The position numbers and the translations under genes were made by a program. This document shows positions 39,258 to 48,756 of a stretch of 64,000 bases of DNA, in pieces. Numbering within the stretch: position 1 is the stretch's first letter; the number at the start of each line of letters is the position of its first letter. This stretch comes from Candidatus Omnitrophota bacterium (GTDB taxonomy: Bacteria; Omnitrophota; Gorgyraeia; Gygaellales; Profunditerraquicolaceae): NCBI GenBank assembly GCA_022710715.1, contig JAKLGJ010000002.1, positions 147,791 to 211,790 of the forward strand. Reading direction: 5' to 3'. Below the pieces are notes generated by a model. That model was not told where the DNA came from. It saw only the letters and a program-made list of their open reading frames with translations, and did not search any database.

Positions 39258-39456
39258 TGTCCATATCGACGGACAACGCTGCAAGGGGTGTTATCTGTGT
39301 ATTGCCGTCTGTCCCCGCAAGTCATTGGGCGTTGCCGCCGTTTTGAATAAAAAAGGGGTCAAGCCGGTGGAGTTCAAGAAAGGCGCCGAATGCATCGGCT
39401 GCCGTTTTTGCGCCACCATGTGTCCCGATTGCTGTATCGAAATCGAGAAAGAATAG
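39250..39456 (+). CDS. 2-oxoacid:ferredoxin oxidoreductase delta subunit (2x[4Fe-4S] ferredoxin)
   Basis: Two CxxCxxCxxxCP clusters: CKGCYLCIAVCP and CIGCRFCATMCP. Confidence 0.75.
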   Translation: MINVHIDGQRCKGCYLCIAVCPRKSLGVAAVLNKKGVKPVEFKKGAECIGCRFCATMCPDCCIEIEKE

Positions 39457-39459
39457 ACA

Positions 39460-40509
39460 ATGTCGGATACGCGGATATTGATGAGCGGTAATGATGCGAT
39501 CGCCGAAGGCGCGATACGGGCCGGCTGCCGTTTCTATGCCGGGTACCCCATTACGCCGCAGAATGAACTGACCGCCTATATGGCCGAACATATGCCCGAG
39601 TCGGGAGGCGTCGCCATTCAGGCGGAATCCGAACTGGCGGCGATCAATATGGTTTTCGGCGCCGCGGCCGCCGGCGCGCGGGCCATGACTTCTTCGTCGA
39701 GCCCGGGCATCAGTCTCAAGCAGGAAGGCATTTCCTACCTGGCCGGCGCAGAGCTGCCCGGAGTGATCGTGAATATGATGCGCGGCGGTCCGGGATTGGG
39801 CAATATCGCGCCTTCGCAATCGGATTACTTCCAGGCCACCAGGGGCGGCGGTCACGGCGACTATCGCTGTCTGGTTCTGGCGCCCGCCTCGGTGGAAGAG
39901 GCGTTCGGTCAGATGTTTGAAGCGTTTGACCGCGCCGACCGTTATCGCAACCCGGTGATCATTCTGGGAGACGGGATGCTGGGGCAGATGATGGAACCGC
40001 TCTCCGTGAGCCCCGGCCGGATCAAGTCCTACGCAAAACCCTGGGCGTTGACCGGTTGCAAAGGCAGGGCGCCGAATATTATTCGCTCCCTGTATTTGAA
40101 AGACGGCGCGCTGGAAGATGTCAATCTGCGTCTGCAGAAAAAATACGCGCTCATGCGGCGCACGGAGCAACGCTGGGAATCCGCCTGTCTGGATGATGCC
40201 CGGGTGGTGGTGGTGGCTTACGGGGGCATGTTCCGGATCGTCAAAGGAGCGGTGCGCAAGCTGCGTGAAGCCGGCAAGAAAATCGGCCTGATCCGCCCGA
40301 TCAGCCTGTGGCCGTTTCCCGACCGGGCATTTGAACCGTTGCTGAAAAAGCGTCTCTCTTATCTGGCGGTGGAGATGTCCTATGGCCAGATGATCGAAGA
40401 TGTCCGCCTGGCGCTGTGCACCCGCCAGCCGATAGAATTTCTGGGTCGGGCCGGGGGAGGCATCCCGACGGAAGAAGCGATCATCAAAAAAATCAAAACG
40501 ATGCTCTGA
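39460..40509 (+). CDS. 2-oxoacid:ferredoxin oxidoreductase alpha subunit
   Basis: N-terminal MSGNDAIAEGAIRAGCRFYAGYPITP is typical of KorA/PorA/VorA. Confidence 0.85.
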   Translation: MSDTRILMSGNDAIAEGAIRAGCRFYAGYPITPQNELTAYMAEHMPESGGVAIQAESELAAINMVFGAAAAGARAMTSSSSPGISLKQEGISYLAGAELPGVIVNMMRGGPGLGNIAPSQSDYFQATRGGGHGDYRCLVLAPASVEEAFGQMFEAFDRADRYRNPVIILGDGMLGQMMEPLSVSPGRIKSYAKPWALTGCKGRAPNIIRSLYLKDGALEDVNLRLQKKYALMRRTEQRWESACLDDARVVVVAYGGMFRIVKGAVRKLREAGKKIGLIRPISLWPFPDRAFEPLLKKRLSYLAVEMSYGQMIEDVRLALCTRQPIEFLGRAGGGIPTEEAIIKKIKTML

Positions 40510-41237
40510 TGGAAAAAATCTACGCGCACCCTCAATCGCTGTATAACGTCTCCTCGCATTACTGCGCCGGATGCGGCCACGGCATCGCGCACCGCCTGGT
40601 CGCGGAAGCGGTGGACGAGCTGGGCATTCGCGAGAAAGTGATCGCGATTGCGCCGGTAGGCTGCGCGGTGCTGGCGTATGATTACTGGAATTTCGATTGC
40701 ACCGAGGCCGCGCATGGCCGGGCGCTGGCAGTGGCTACTGCAATCAAACGGGTGCGCCCGGACAATGTGGTGTTTACCTATCAGGGAGACGGCGACCTGG
40801 CGGCGATCGGGACCAACGAAACCATTCATACCGCCAACCGCGGAGAGAATCTCACCGTGATTTTTATTAATAATGCCGTGTACGGAATGACCGGCGGGCA
40901 GATGGCGCCTACCTCGCTGATCGGACAGAAGACCGCCACCACCCTTAAAGGGCGGGACCCCGCGTTACAGGGGTATCCTTTGAAGATTTCGGAGTTGCTC
41001 GCGCAGCTGCCCGGCGTTAAATATGTGGAACGGGTTGCGTTGATCTCCCCGGCGGAAATAAATAAAGCCAGGCAGGCGGTGCTCCTGGCGTTACGTAACC
41101 AGATCGAAGGAGTGGGGTTTTCCCTGGTAGAAATGCTTTCGCCGTGTCCGACCTACTGGGGGATGTCGGCGCAAGCCGCGATGGGCTGGATCAAGGAAAC
41201 CATGATCAAGGAATTCCCCTTGGGAAGAATAAAATGA
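40509..41237 (+). CDS. 2-oxoacid:ferredoxin oxidoreductase beta subunit (TPP-binding)
   Basis: CxGCGH motif YCAGCGHGI and TPP-binding GDGD. ATGA overlap with the alpha stop. Confidence 0.85.
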   Translation: MEKIYAHPQSLYNVSSHYCAGCGHGIAHRLVAEAVDELGIREKVIAIAPVGCAVLAYDYWNFDCTEAAHGRALAVATAIKRVRPDNVVFTYQGDGDLAAIGTNETIHTANRGENLTVIFINNAVYGMTGGQMAPTSLIGQKTATTLKGRDPALQGYPLKISELLAQLPGVKYVERVALISPAEINKARQAVLLALRNQIEGVGFSLVEMLSPCPTYWGMSAQAAMGWIKETMIKEFPLGRIK

Positions 41238-41788
41238 ACGAAACGCGTATTATTATCGCCGGTTACGGCGGGCAGGGCATATTGCTGCTGGGTAAAATAC
41301 TGGCGCAAGCCGCGATGCAGGAAGGAAAGCGCGTTACCTTTCTGCCCGCCTATGGGGCGGAGGTGCGCGGCGGCACAGCCAACTGCATGGTAGTTGTTTC
41401 CGATGAAGAGATCGGTTCGCCTTTTGTCGAGCAGGCGGATGTTCTGGTAGCGATGAACGAGCCGTCGCTGCGCCGTTTCGAGGGCCGCCTCAAGCCGCGC
41501 GGCGTGATGATCGTGAACAGCTCTCTGGCTCAACCGCCTGCCGGACGCGCCACAGGCGCGGTCAGCGTCCCCTTTACGGATATCGCTCTGAAGCTGGGTA
41601 ACGCCCGGTCCGCCAATATGGTAGCGTTGGGCTGTTGCGCGGCGAGCACACAGGTAGTCGCATTGAAGACGATCTCGCGCATTCTTCAGGATTTTGCCGG
41701 AAAGACGAATAAGCAACTGGGCGAGATCAATCAGCAGGCTTTGCTTGCCGGCAGCAAAGCCTGTACGCCCGGCGCATCGCAGCGTTAA
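41234..41788 (+). CDS. 2-oxoacid:ferredoxin oxidoreductase gamma subunit
   Basis: IIAGYGGQGILLLGKILAQAA N-terminus. ATGA overlap with the beta stop. Confidence 0.8.
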   Translation: MNETRIIIAGYGGQGILLLGKILAQAAMQEGKRVTFLPAYGAEVRGGTANCMVVVSDEEIGSPFVEQADVLVAMNEPSLRRFEGRLKPRGVMIVNSSLAQPPAGRATGAVSVPFTDIALKLGNARSANMVALGCCAASTQVVALKTISRILQDFAGKTNKQLGEINQQALLAGSKACTPGASQR

Positions 41789-41820
41789 ACGGGCGAAGCG
41801 TTATTAAAAAGGAATAAACT

Positions 41821-43137
41821 ATGGTTCGAGTCCGTTTTGCTCCCAGTCCCACGGGGTTTTTGCATATAGGCGGGGCGCGCACCGCGTTGTTCAACTGGTT
41901 CTACGCCCAGGCCCAGGGCGGTAAATTCATCCTGCGTATCGAAGATACCGACGCCGCGCGTTCCAGACCGGAATATGTCGACGAGATACTCTTGAGCCTG
42001 AAATGGCTGGGATTCAACTGGGACGAGATCTACTATCAAAGCCAGCGTTTCGACATCTACCGCCGGTACGCCCAACAGCTGGTCAGCGAAGGAAAGGCCT
42101 ACGTGGCCGAAAAACTTCCCGACCAGCCGGCAGGCGGCCAGGCGATTATACTCAAGATGCTGCCGCAGCAGGTCAAGCTCAACGATCTGATCCGCGGACA
42201 GATCGAGTTCGACACCGCGGTGATCAAAGATCAGGTGCTCATCAAATCAGACGGCACGCCGACCTATAATTTCGCCTGCGTCATCGATGACGCCCTGATG
42301 CAGATCACGCATGTCATCCGCGGCGACGACCATATCTCGAACACTCCCAAACAGATCGTGCTCTATCAGGCCCTGGGGTTCGCGGTGCCGGAATTCGCGC
42401 ATCTGCCTTTGATCCTGGCCAAGGCCGGGGGGCGGCTTTCCAAGCGCAAAGGCGCTACGGCCATCTCGGAATACCGTCAGATGGGGTACCTTTCCGAAGC
42501 CCTGGTGAATTTTCTCCTGCTGCTGGGGTGGTCCCCCGGAGCGGATCGCGAGATCATCGGGCTCAAAGAAGCGATCGGCCTTTTCGACATCCGCAAGGTG
42601 AACAAAACCGCGGCAGTGCTTGATCTGGATAAGCTGGACTGGATCAACAGCCAGTATCTGCGCGCCATGTCGCCGCAGGACTTACTGACAGTGCTCGTGC
42701 CGCTGCTGGCGGAGAAGGGGTATATCGAAAAAGAAAAATTTGATAGCAATTATGTGCTTTCTTTGATACAATTATTTCAATCGCGCATGTCCACGCTGCA
42801 CGATTTCGTGGAGCGGTCGGATTTCTTTTTTGTCGATCAACCGGCGATGGATCCCGCCGCGCAGGAGAAATTTTTGTCCGGTGACCACTCCCGGGAATTC
42901 TCCCTGTTTATCCGGCGGCTGGAGGGTCTGGCGGATTTCAGTCCGGCAACCATTGAGGCCGGTTTTCGCGAGATGGCCCAGGAACTGGGCATGGAAGCCA
43001 AGCAACTGGTGCATCCGGTACGGGTAGCCCTGACCGGGAAAACCGTGGGCCCGGGACTGTTTGAGTTGGTCTACTACTTGGGTAAAGAGCGGACTAAACA
43101 GCGCTTGATCAGATGGGTAAAAAGGGAGGTTGCATGA
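41821..43137 (+). CDS. gltX: glutamate--tRNA ligase
   Basis: HIGH motif (PSPTGFLHIGGARTA) and KMSKS-equivalent LSKRKG. 438 aa. Confidence 0.9.
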   Translation: MVRVRFAPSPTGFLHIGGARTALFNWFYAQAQGGKFILRIEDTDAARSRPEYVDEILLSLKWLGFNWDEIYYQSQRFDIYRRYAQQLVSEGKAYVAEKLPDQPAGGQAIILKMLPQQVKLNDLIRGQIEFDTAVIKDQVLIKSDGTPTYNFACVIDDALMQITHVIRGDDHISNTPKQIVLYQALGFAVPEFAHLPLILAKAGGRLSKRKGATAISEYRQMGYLSEALVNFLLLLGWSPGADREIIGLKEAIGLFDIRKVNKTAAVLDLDKLDWINSQYLRAMSPQDLLTVLVPLLAEKGYIEKEKFDSNYVLSLIQLFQSRMSTLHDFVERSDFFFVDQPAMDPAAQEKFLSGDHSREFSLFIRRLEGLADFSPATIEAGFREMAQELGMEAKQLVHPVRVALTGKTVGPGLFELVYYLGKERTKQRLIRWVKREVA

Positions 43138-43298
43138 CACGAAAGGCCCTTCTGCTTTTATTGCTTTGGTGTAGTTCGATTCTGTGTTGCGGCTGCAATA
43201 CGGTTGGCGGCGCGGCTAAAGGCGCGGCTGATGGAGCGAAAAAGGACTACGAGGAAGCAAAAAAGGCGGATGCATGGTTGCAGGAAAATCTCTGGTAA
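43134..43298 (+). CDS. entericidin-like small lipoprotein
   Basis: 54 aa MTRKALLLLLLWCSSILCCGCNTVGGAAKGAADGAKK. Lipobox-like Cys followed by CNT and a Gly/Ala/Lys-rich tail, as in EcnA/B. Confidence 0.5.
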   Translation: MTRKALLLLLLWCSSILCCGCNTVGGAAKGAADGAKKDYEEAKKADAWLQENLW

Positions 43299-43383
43299 CC
43301 CATCTGCGTGCGCATGCACGCGGTCGAATGTATAAAAATACCACGCAATGGCGTACTGTATAGTATATAGGAAAGAGCCCTGA

Positions 43384-43414
43384 TGATTCAGGGCTCTTGT
43401 CTTTAAAGAAAACG
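43384..43414 (+). terminator. rho-independent terminator
   Basis: AGAGCCCTGA-TGAT-TCAGGGCTCT hairpin followed by TGTCTTT. Confidence 0.6.
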
Positions 43415-43448
43415 TTTTCAAAATCGGCACAATAAATTTGTTTTCAAA

Positions 43449-43883
43449 ATGAAAAAAGTGTATACTTATTTCGAGGTCTCTATGCCCAGGGGAATGACAG
43501 TCCTAGAGCTTGTAGTGGTGGTCATGATTATCGGCATTATTGCCGCATTGGCAATTCCCAATCTTTCTATCTCATTGGAGCGCAGCAGGATAAAAGAGGC
43601 GGAATTCAACCTTATGGCGATCTACAATGCCGAGAAGCGGTTTTATTTATACAACGGCAGCGAAACCTATTATTATGCTTCCGGAGCCAATGCCTTGCAG
43701 GGGATAAACGAGAATCTATCCCTGAACCTGGAAGCCAAGTATTTCCGGTATGCGGTCGCGAATAACGGCGCGGGCGGTTTTATCGCTATGGCTACGCGCC
43801 TGGACGGTATGTGCAGAAACGAAAATATGACGGTTACTGCTGACAACAGCAACATAACCAAGGGGTGCACGGGGAAATGGTGA
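43449..43883 (+). CDS. type IV pilin / GspG-like pseudopilin (prepilin N-methylation motif)
   Basis: Class III signal MPRG|MTVLELVVVVMIIGIIAALAIP with Glu at +5. Start could be 43485. Confidence 0.75.
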   Translation: MKKVYTYFEVSMPRGMTVLELVVVVMIIGIIAALAIPNLSISLERSRIKEAEFNLMAIYNAEKRFYLYNGSETYYYASGANALQGINENLSLNLEAKYFRYAVANNGAGGFIAMATRLDGMCRNENMTVTADNSNITKGCTGKW

Positions 43884-45304
43884 ACAAAATCGGAACGAAA
43901 ACAATGCTGATTGCCGCGGCAGCGGCGCTGTTGGTTACGGTTATCGCAGGCATAGTGATAGCCAAAACCAAGAGCATCAAATACCTGCCCCAGGATTATT
44001 CCATGGAGATGCTCAAGCAGGACTATAAAAACAACCCTATCGAGCTGTCGGGCGTAGATTGCGCGACTGCGCCGGAGGCGCAGGCGTATTTTAACTGCCA
44101 GGCGTGTACCACGTTGCGGCAGTTGCTCTGCAAAGACTGTTGTTTTTTAGGCACTCCGGCTAACGGTCAGCTGCGCTGTGTTGATGGGGATCCTGCTTAT
44201 TGCGACACCAAGCCGGGACTGCCTTTTGATACCGACAACAACTCCTGTCCTGCGGCCCAGTGCACAGAGACATCCTGCCAGAATCAACAACCGCCGGAAA
44301 CGGATTGTCTTGCCGGCGTGCAGCTTAACCAGTATCAGTACCTGGGGTGTCCGAAGACCACTGAACCTGCCCCGAAAGCGGGATCGGATTGTATAGGTAA
44401 TGAGGATACGTCCTGGTATTGCAGTAGCGGCGCTCTGGACGCCCGTCCGGCGTGTACTCCCCGCGCTAATTTTTTTCTACCCTCGGGCGCGCCGCTTCAG
44501 GATTGCGGCATGCTTCCACCGTACGATCTGATTGACGGGCAGCCGGAAGAGCTGTATAAACATAAAGACACGCCTATGGGGCCATGGCATTTTCCCGAAG
44601 ACTCCCGGTGTGATAATAACTGGGCAAAGTGTTTCGAGTATGCGGTAAACCCGGATTATGCGGCTTGCGTGAAGACCTGTAAGGATACAGCCAAAGCGCG
44701 GGAGGATTGCGCAGCCCAACAGAAATGTTGCACGGAAGCTGTTTGTCCCGACGAAACGCCATCGGGCATCGTGAATTGTCCTCACCGCAGCAGCCCGTTA
44801 GATCCCATGCAGGCCTGCGATAAGCGCATTGCCAAGCAGTGCGATACCACCTACGCCACTGCGCCCTGCAATACGATCATCAAAAGATATAACGAGTGGC
44901 TTTTGAGCGGCGAGGCCCCTGATTGCTTCCAGCCTGTTGACCCGTCGCAGAAATTCAAGTACCGGTTTGTCGCGCGCAGCAACGAAAAGATCACCATTAC
45001 CTGGCAGGTATTGTGCAATGCCGTTAAGAAAGGCAATCCCGACGAGTCCGACCGCATGTTTTATACCATGGTCAGAGTCCGGGATGAAGACGGGGGCCAG
45101 CCGGCGCATAACAGCATTATTCATCAGCGGTCCTTCCAGAACAAGTTTTTTATCAGCGCCGCGACCACGATTCCCGCCGGTTACTTGCAGGCGGGGAAGG
45201 CATACACCGCAGAAATCTATTATTATATCCCTTTACTGCAGAATGAAGAGCTGCAAATGAACGTCGAATATTTACAGCTGATTTTACATCGCAGTCGCGA
45301 ATAA
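43865..45304 (+). CDS. cysteine-rich secreted / membrane-anchored protein, unknown function
   Basis: 479 aa; N-terminal TM/signal anchor, about 36 Cys in the first 380 residues, Cys-free beta-rich C-terminal about 100 aa. No family recognised; overlaps the upstream pilin gene. Confidence 0.6.
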   Translation: MHGEMVNKIGTKTMLIAAAAALLVTVIAGIVIAKTKSIKYLPQDYSMEMLKQDYKNNPIELSGVDCATAPEAQAYFNCQACTTLRQLLCKDCCFLGTPANGQLRCVDGDPAYCDTKPGLPFDTDNNSCPAAQCTETSCQNQQPPETDCLAGVQLNQYQYLGCPKTTEPAPKAGSDCIGNEDTSWYCSSGALDARPACTPRANFFLPSGAPLQDCGMLPPYDLIDGQPEELYKHKDTPMGPWHFPEDSRCDNNWAKCFEYAVNPDYAACVKTCKDTAKAREDCAAQQKCCTEAVCPDETPSGIVNCPHRSSPLDPMQACDKRIAKQCDTTYATAPCNTIIKRYNEWLLSGEAPDCFQPVDPSQKFKYRFVARSNEKITITWQVLCNAVKKGNPDESDRMFYTMVRVRDEDGGQPAHNSIIHQRSFQNKFFISAATTIPAGYLQAGKAYTAEIYYYIPLLQNEELQMNVEYLQLILHRSRE

Positions 45305-45311
45305 ACAGGAG

Positions 45312-46130
45312 GTGGGTATGAAGCGCATTATAACCGGAATCTGCGTATGGCTTTTGCTCTGTGCGGTAGCGGCGCTGGCCGAGGAAGCGGAAATGCCGGC
45401 AGCGTTGCCTCCTACGGTAACCGAGATCAAAGGCGCGCAGACCGCGGAATTAAGCCCGGCACGATATCCGGTTTTTAAAAGTTTCCCTTCGGGGGATGCT
45501 CCGACGTGCCAGGCATACTTGAGCACTCTTTTCGACGAAGAGGAAGCCACGACCTCTGGAGAGGCGCAGAGCGGGTTGAGCCTGGCGCCCATTCAATTGA
45601 CCAGCAAATTCGGCAGCCCCGGCGTTCCCGCCGGCGATGAAGCGCGCTGGGAGCCGGTTCAGGGATTGAAGCTGGCGACTTTTACCGTGCCGAGCGAATA
45701 CCGGAAAACCGCCAAGATACTGATTACCTGGACTGTCCGGGTAAACGGCATTCCCACGGCGCTGAATATCAGGCCTAATCTCTGCTCAAACTGGGCGGGG
45801 ACCTCGGTGCAGGGTTTTCCCGAAGGCCAGTTGATCACCAAGCTCTATATCAATAAGATTCCCACAAGCAAAGAAGTGGAAATAACCGTTCCGGCGTCAT
45901 CGGACCTGGTCATAAGCCAGCCTCGTCCGCCGGCGCCCACCGGCTGCGATCCCACTCTGACCGGTTCATATCTGATCTCTCCGGACCAGTTTTCCGACAA
46001 GCAATTGCCGGCGAAGCTGACCAACATCGAGATCTGGTGGAAGAATGATACTTCGATGAAGCTGGTTTCGGAGGGCGACTGGAGAAATATGATCATTACT
46101 TTTATGCCGCTGGGCAAAGATCAAAATTAA
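45312..46130 (+). CDS. secreted protein of unknown function, paralog A
   Basis: Signal peptide. Shares TVTEIKGA, EYRKTAKILITWTVRV, DPTLTGSYLISP, IEIWW and ITFMPLG blocks with the next gene. Confidence 0.65.
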   Translation: MGMKRIITGICVWLLLCAVAALAEEAEMPAALPPTVTEIKGAQTAELSPARYPVFKSFPSGDAPTCQAYLSTLFDEEEATTSGEAQSGLSLAPIQLTSKFGSPGVPAGDEARWEPVQGLKLATFTVPSEYRKTAKILITWTVRVNGIPTALNIRPNLCSNWAGTSVQGFPEGQLITKLYINKIPTSKEVEITVPASSDLVISQPRPPAPTGCDPTLTGSYLISPDQFSDKQLPAKLTNIEIWWKNDTSMKLVSEGDWRNMIITFMPLGKDQN

Positions 46131-46161
46131 GCATTGAGGGATAAGAAAAAGGAGGGGAGAG

Positions 46162-47004
46162 ATGAGAACCGTTATAATCGTAGTAGGCATCTGTTTATTG
46201 ATCACCGGTTTGGCCTGGGCCGGCGAGAAAGCCACCATGCCCGTCGCCAGAGCTCCGGAGGTTACGGAGATCAAAGGCGCTGACGCCGCGCAGCTGGCGC
46301 CGGCGATTTTTCCGCAATTTATCGCCAAACACGAAACGGATAATCCCACCTGCGAAGATTGGCTGGCAGGTCTTAGCGGCACGCGGATGAGAAACCTGCA
46401 GAGCCCTTATGCCCGGGATGCAGGAGCTTGGTGGGGAGGTGTCGAGGTCAAGGCGGATCCTGCCCATCCTAACCAGGGCACCCAGATAATCACTGCGAAT
46501 GCCGGCAAGTGGCAGCTTCTTCCCGGATTGAGCAAGGCTAATTTCAGGATCCCGGAGGAATACCGCAAAACCGCGAAGTTACTGATCACCTGGACCGTGC
46601 GCGTAGAAGGCCGGGCCTATCCTGTCTGCGACTATAATTTGACCCAAAACTGTTTCCATGCCTGGCCGGACCTGTGTCATCCCTGGCATGGCAAAGCGTA
46701 TCTGTCCTTCTCGAAAGGCAATGTCTCGACCAAGGTTTATGTCAATGGCTCACCGGTGAGCGAGTCGTTCACCCTGGAAGTGCCCGGTCCCGGACAGGTC
46801 AGCGGCAATCAGCCCTATGACCCGACATTGACCGGCAGCTTTTTGATCTCTCCTGCAGAATTAGGGCTGGAGGAATTTCCGGCGGTGATCCGTTCTATCG
46901 AAATCTGGTGGCAGAACGAAACGGCAATGCATGTTACCAGTCCGGCGCACATGCGCACCATGTCGATCACCTTTATGCCGCTGGGCGAATCGCTGGCAGA
47001 TTAA
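46162..47004 (+). CDS. secreted protein of unknown function, paralog B
   Basis: Signal peptide; same conserved blocks (EVTEIKGA, EYRKTAKLLITWTVRV, DPTLTGSFLISP, IEIWW, ITFMPLG). Confidence 0.65.
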   Translation: MRTVIIVVGICLLITGLAWAGEKATMPVARAPEVTEIKGADAAQLAPAIFPQFIAKHETDNPTCEDWLAGLSGTRMRNLQSPYARDAGAWWGGVEVKADPAHPNQGTQIITANAGKWQLLPGLSKANFRIPEEYRKTAKLLITWTVRVEGRAYPVCDYNLTQNCFHAWPDLCHPWHGKAYLSFSKGNVSTKVYVNGSPVSESFTLEVPGPGQVSGNQPYDPTLTGSFLISPAELGLEEFPAVIRSIEIWWQNETAMHVTSPAHMRTMSITFMPLGESLAD

Positions 47005-47013
47005 ACGGAGACC

Positions 47014-47898
47014 GTGCATACGGTGTTTATGAAAAAGCAAGGCGTGACGTTCATCGAAATCCTGGTTTCCCTGGTCATCCTGAGCCTGATCCTGTCGGCA
47101 GTAGCTGCCGCGCTTTTTGGCGGGTTCAGGATGCTCAAGCAGGCGGAATTCAAGTCAAGGGCCATGGGTATTGCCTATTTCAAGATGAGCCAGGCCTTGA
47201 GCAAAACCTATTCCGGCAGCCTGAATAACACCACTGTGCCGCAACTGTGGACCGGGTTCAATGATACCGAGGCGGAATTCTTCTGGAGCATTACGGCCAC
47301 TCCCGAGGAATCGGATAAAGCCCACATTCCGTACAAGAACATTACCGTTGTTTGCAGCTATGCCATAAAGAATCCCGATGGCACGCTGGATAAACCCAGA
47401 GAAGTCCGTTTGAGCAATATCATTCCGTATCCGTATATCCACAGCCGGTCGAAGAAGGTCGATTGGAACGAAACCACCGGTAATTATCCGCTGGCTCTGA
47501 ACGCTTCGCAATCGGATAGGCCTGATCCCGCCGACTTTAAGGATATTCTTTCGCCGGAAGTCATTAGTTTTAACTTCGAAGTGAACAAGGACCTGGTGGT
47601 GCTCTATAATCTGGCTATCGAGCATGAGCCGGATTTTGCCGATCAGGAACCGCCGCCGGGCAATCAGACCGTGTATACCGAGTGCCTGATGGACAATAAC
47701 GCAATCTGGGGCATTACCACCCGCACCCCGATCATCAGCCAGCCGTTCATTAATAACGCCCTGGTCATCCAGAACGTATCCGCGGAGCCGCATACGCTGC
47801 AAATCCGCTGGTGCAAGGATCCCTCGAAGGGCAAAGTGAAACTGCGGTCATACGAGATTACCGTTCTAGCCTATGAAAATATTACCTGGATCCAATAG
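47014..47898 (+). CDS. large minor pseudopilin (GspK/PilX-like size) with prepilin signal
   Basis: MHTVFMKKQG|VTFIEILVSLVILSL class III signal with Glu+5. 294 aa with several N-x-S/T sequons. Confidence 0.7.
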   Translation: MHTVFMKKQGVTFIEILVSLVILSLILSAVAAALFGGFRMLKQAEFKSRAMGIAYFKMSQALSKTYSGSLNNTTVPQLWTGFNDTEAEFFWSITATPEESDKAHIPYKNITVVCSYAIKNPDGTLDKPREVRLSNIIPYPYIHSRSKKVDWNETTGNYPLALNASQSDRPDPADFKDILSPEVISFNFEVNKDLVVLYNLAIEHEPDFADQEPPPGNQTVYTECLMDNNAIWGITTRTPIISQPFINNALVIQNVSAEPHTLQIRWCKDPSKGKVKLRSYEITVLAYENITWIQ

Positions 47899-48448
47899 CG
47901 GCTTTACGCTGCTCGAGCTGATTATCTCGGCGGTGATCGCGGTTATCGTCTTTATGGGAGTTTTGAACACCAGCACGTTTACCTGCAGGCAGATCACGTT
48001 GTATGTGGAGCGGTATAATATGTATTCCCAGATCGACCTGGCCCTGCAGGATATGCAGGCGCGTCTGCCCGCTGCAGTCGAGATCGCCGCCAACAGCATT
48101 CTCGATTCCAGCGATCCTGACGATAGCAAAACACGCTTCACCTTTCAAGGCGAGTCCGATATTTTCAGGATTACCCCGGATAACCTGGCGGACAATGCCC
48201 GGTATACATACGAGATCGATCCTGCCAACAATCTGGTGTTGCGCAAGGAAGTAAACGGCAATGTAGTGACTACCGTTCTGGTCGAAGGAAAATTCCTGCC
48301 CGAAGTGCATTTCGGGTGGGATGAAGAGCCGAATTTTTTAAAGATCACGCTTACTGCCCGCAGTCCGCGAAAACAGTTGTCCGGATTGACTCAACAAATC
48401 GCCAAAGTCGAAGGAGTCAGGCTTTGGTTCATTAACGCGGTCGAATGA
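47873..48448 (+). CDS. minor pseudopilin (GspJ-like size) with prepilin signal
   Basis: MKILPGSNSG|FTLLELIISAVIAV. 191 aa; overlaps the previous gene by 26 nt. Confidence 0.7.
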   Translation: MKILPGSNSGFTLLELIISAVIAVIVFMGVLNTSTFTCRQITLYVERYNMYSQIDLALQDMQARLPAAVEIAANSILDSSDPDDSKTRFTFQGESDIFRITPDNLADNARYTYEIDPANNLVLRKEVNGNVVTTVLVEGKFLPEVHFGWDEEPNFLKITLTARSPRKQLSGLTQQIAKVEGVRLWFINAVE

Positions 48449-48756
48449 TAGCTACCGTCATCGGCGTACTGATTACCATACTGTCCTTAATGGTTGCCTT
48501 TTTTCTCTCCATAGGCAACGTCCATCATTTGGTGGAAGCCGATTTTCTCAACAAAGCCCAGTCTAACGCCGTCCTTAATACTCTGCAGGTGGGGCAGTTG
48601 CGGTACCGGGATAAGACCCTGAACGATACGCAGACCACGCATAATGGCTCGATAGGGCATCTGCGCAGCGTGGCTAATAAAGACTACAGCAATGTGACTT
48701 ATCAGATCAGGCTGGAAGACGCCAGCAATATTACGGTCAATGTCACGATTAAATAA
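48445..48756 (+). CDS. small membrane protein (pilin-like hydrophobic N-terminus, no G-F-T-L-I-E motif)
   Basis: 103 aa MIATVIGVLITILSLMVAFFLSIG... ATGA overlap with the preceding gene. Confidence 0.4.
   Translation: MIATVIGVLITILSLMVAFFLSIGNVHHLVEADFLNKAQSNAVLNTLQVGQLRYRDKTLNDTQTTHNGSIGHLRSVANKDYSNVTYQIRLEDASNITVNVTIK

Noticed and set aside
43113-43133. Longer start MGKKGGCM for the entericidin-like ORF
   Set aside because: Would overlap gltX by 25 nt and add a non-signal-peptide N-terminus. ATG at 43134 gives a canonical lipoprotein signal (MTRKALLLLLLW...).
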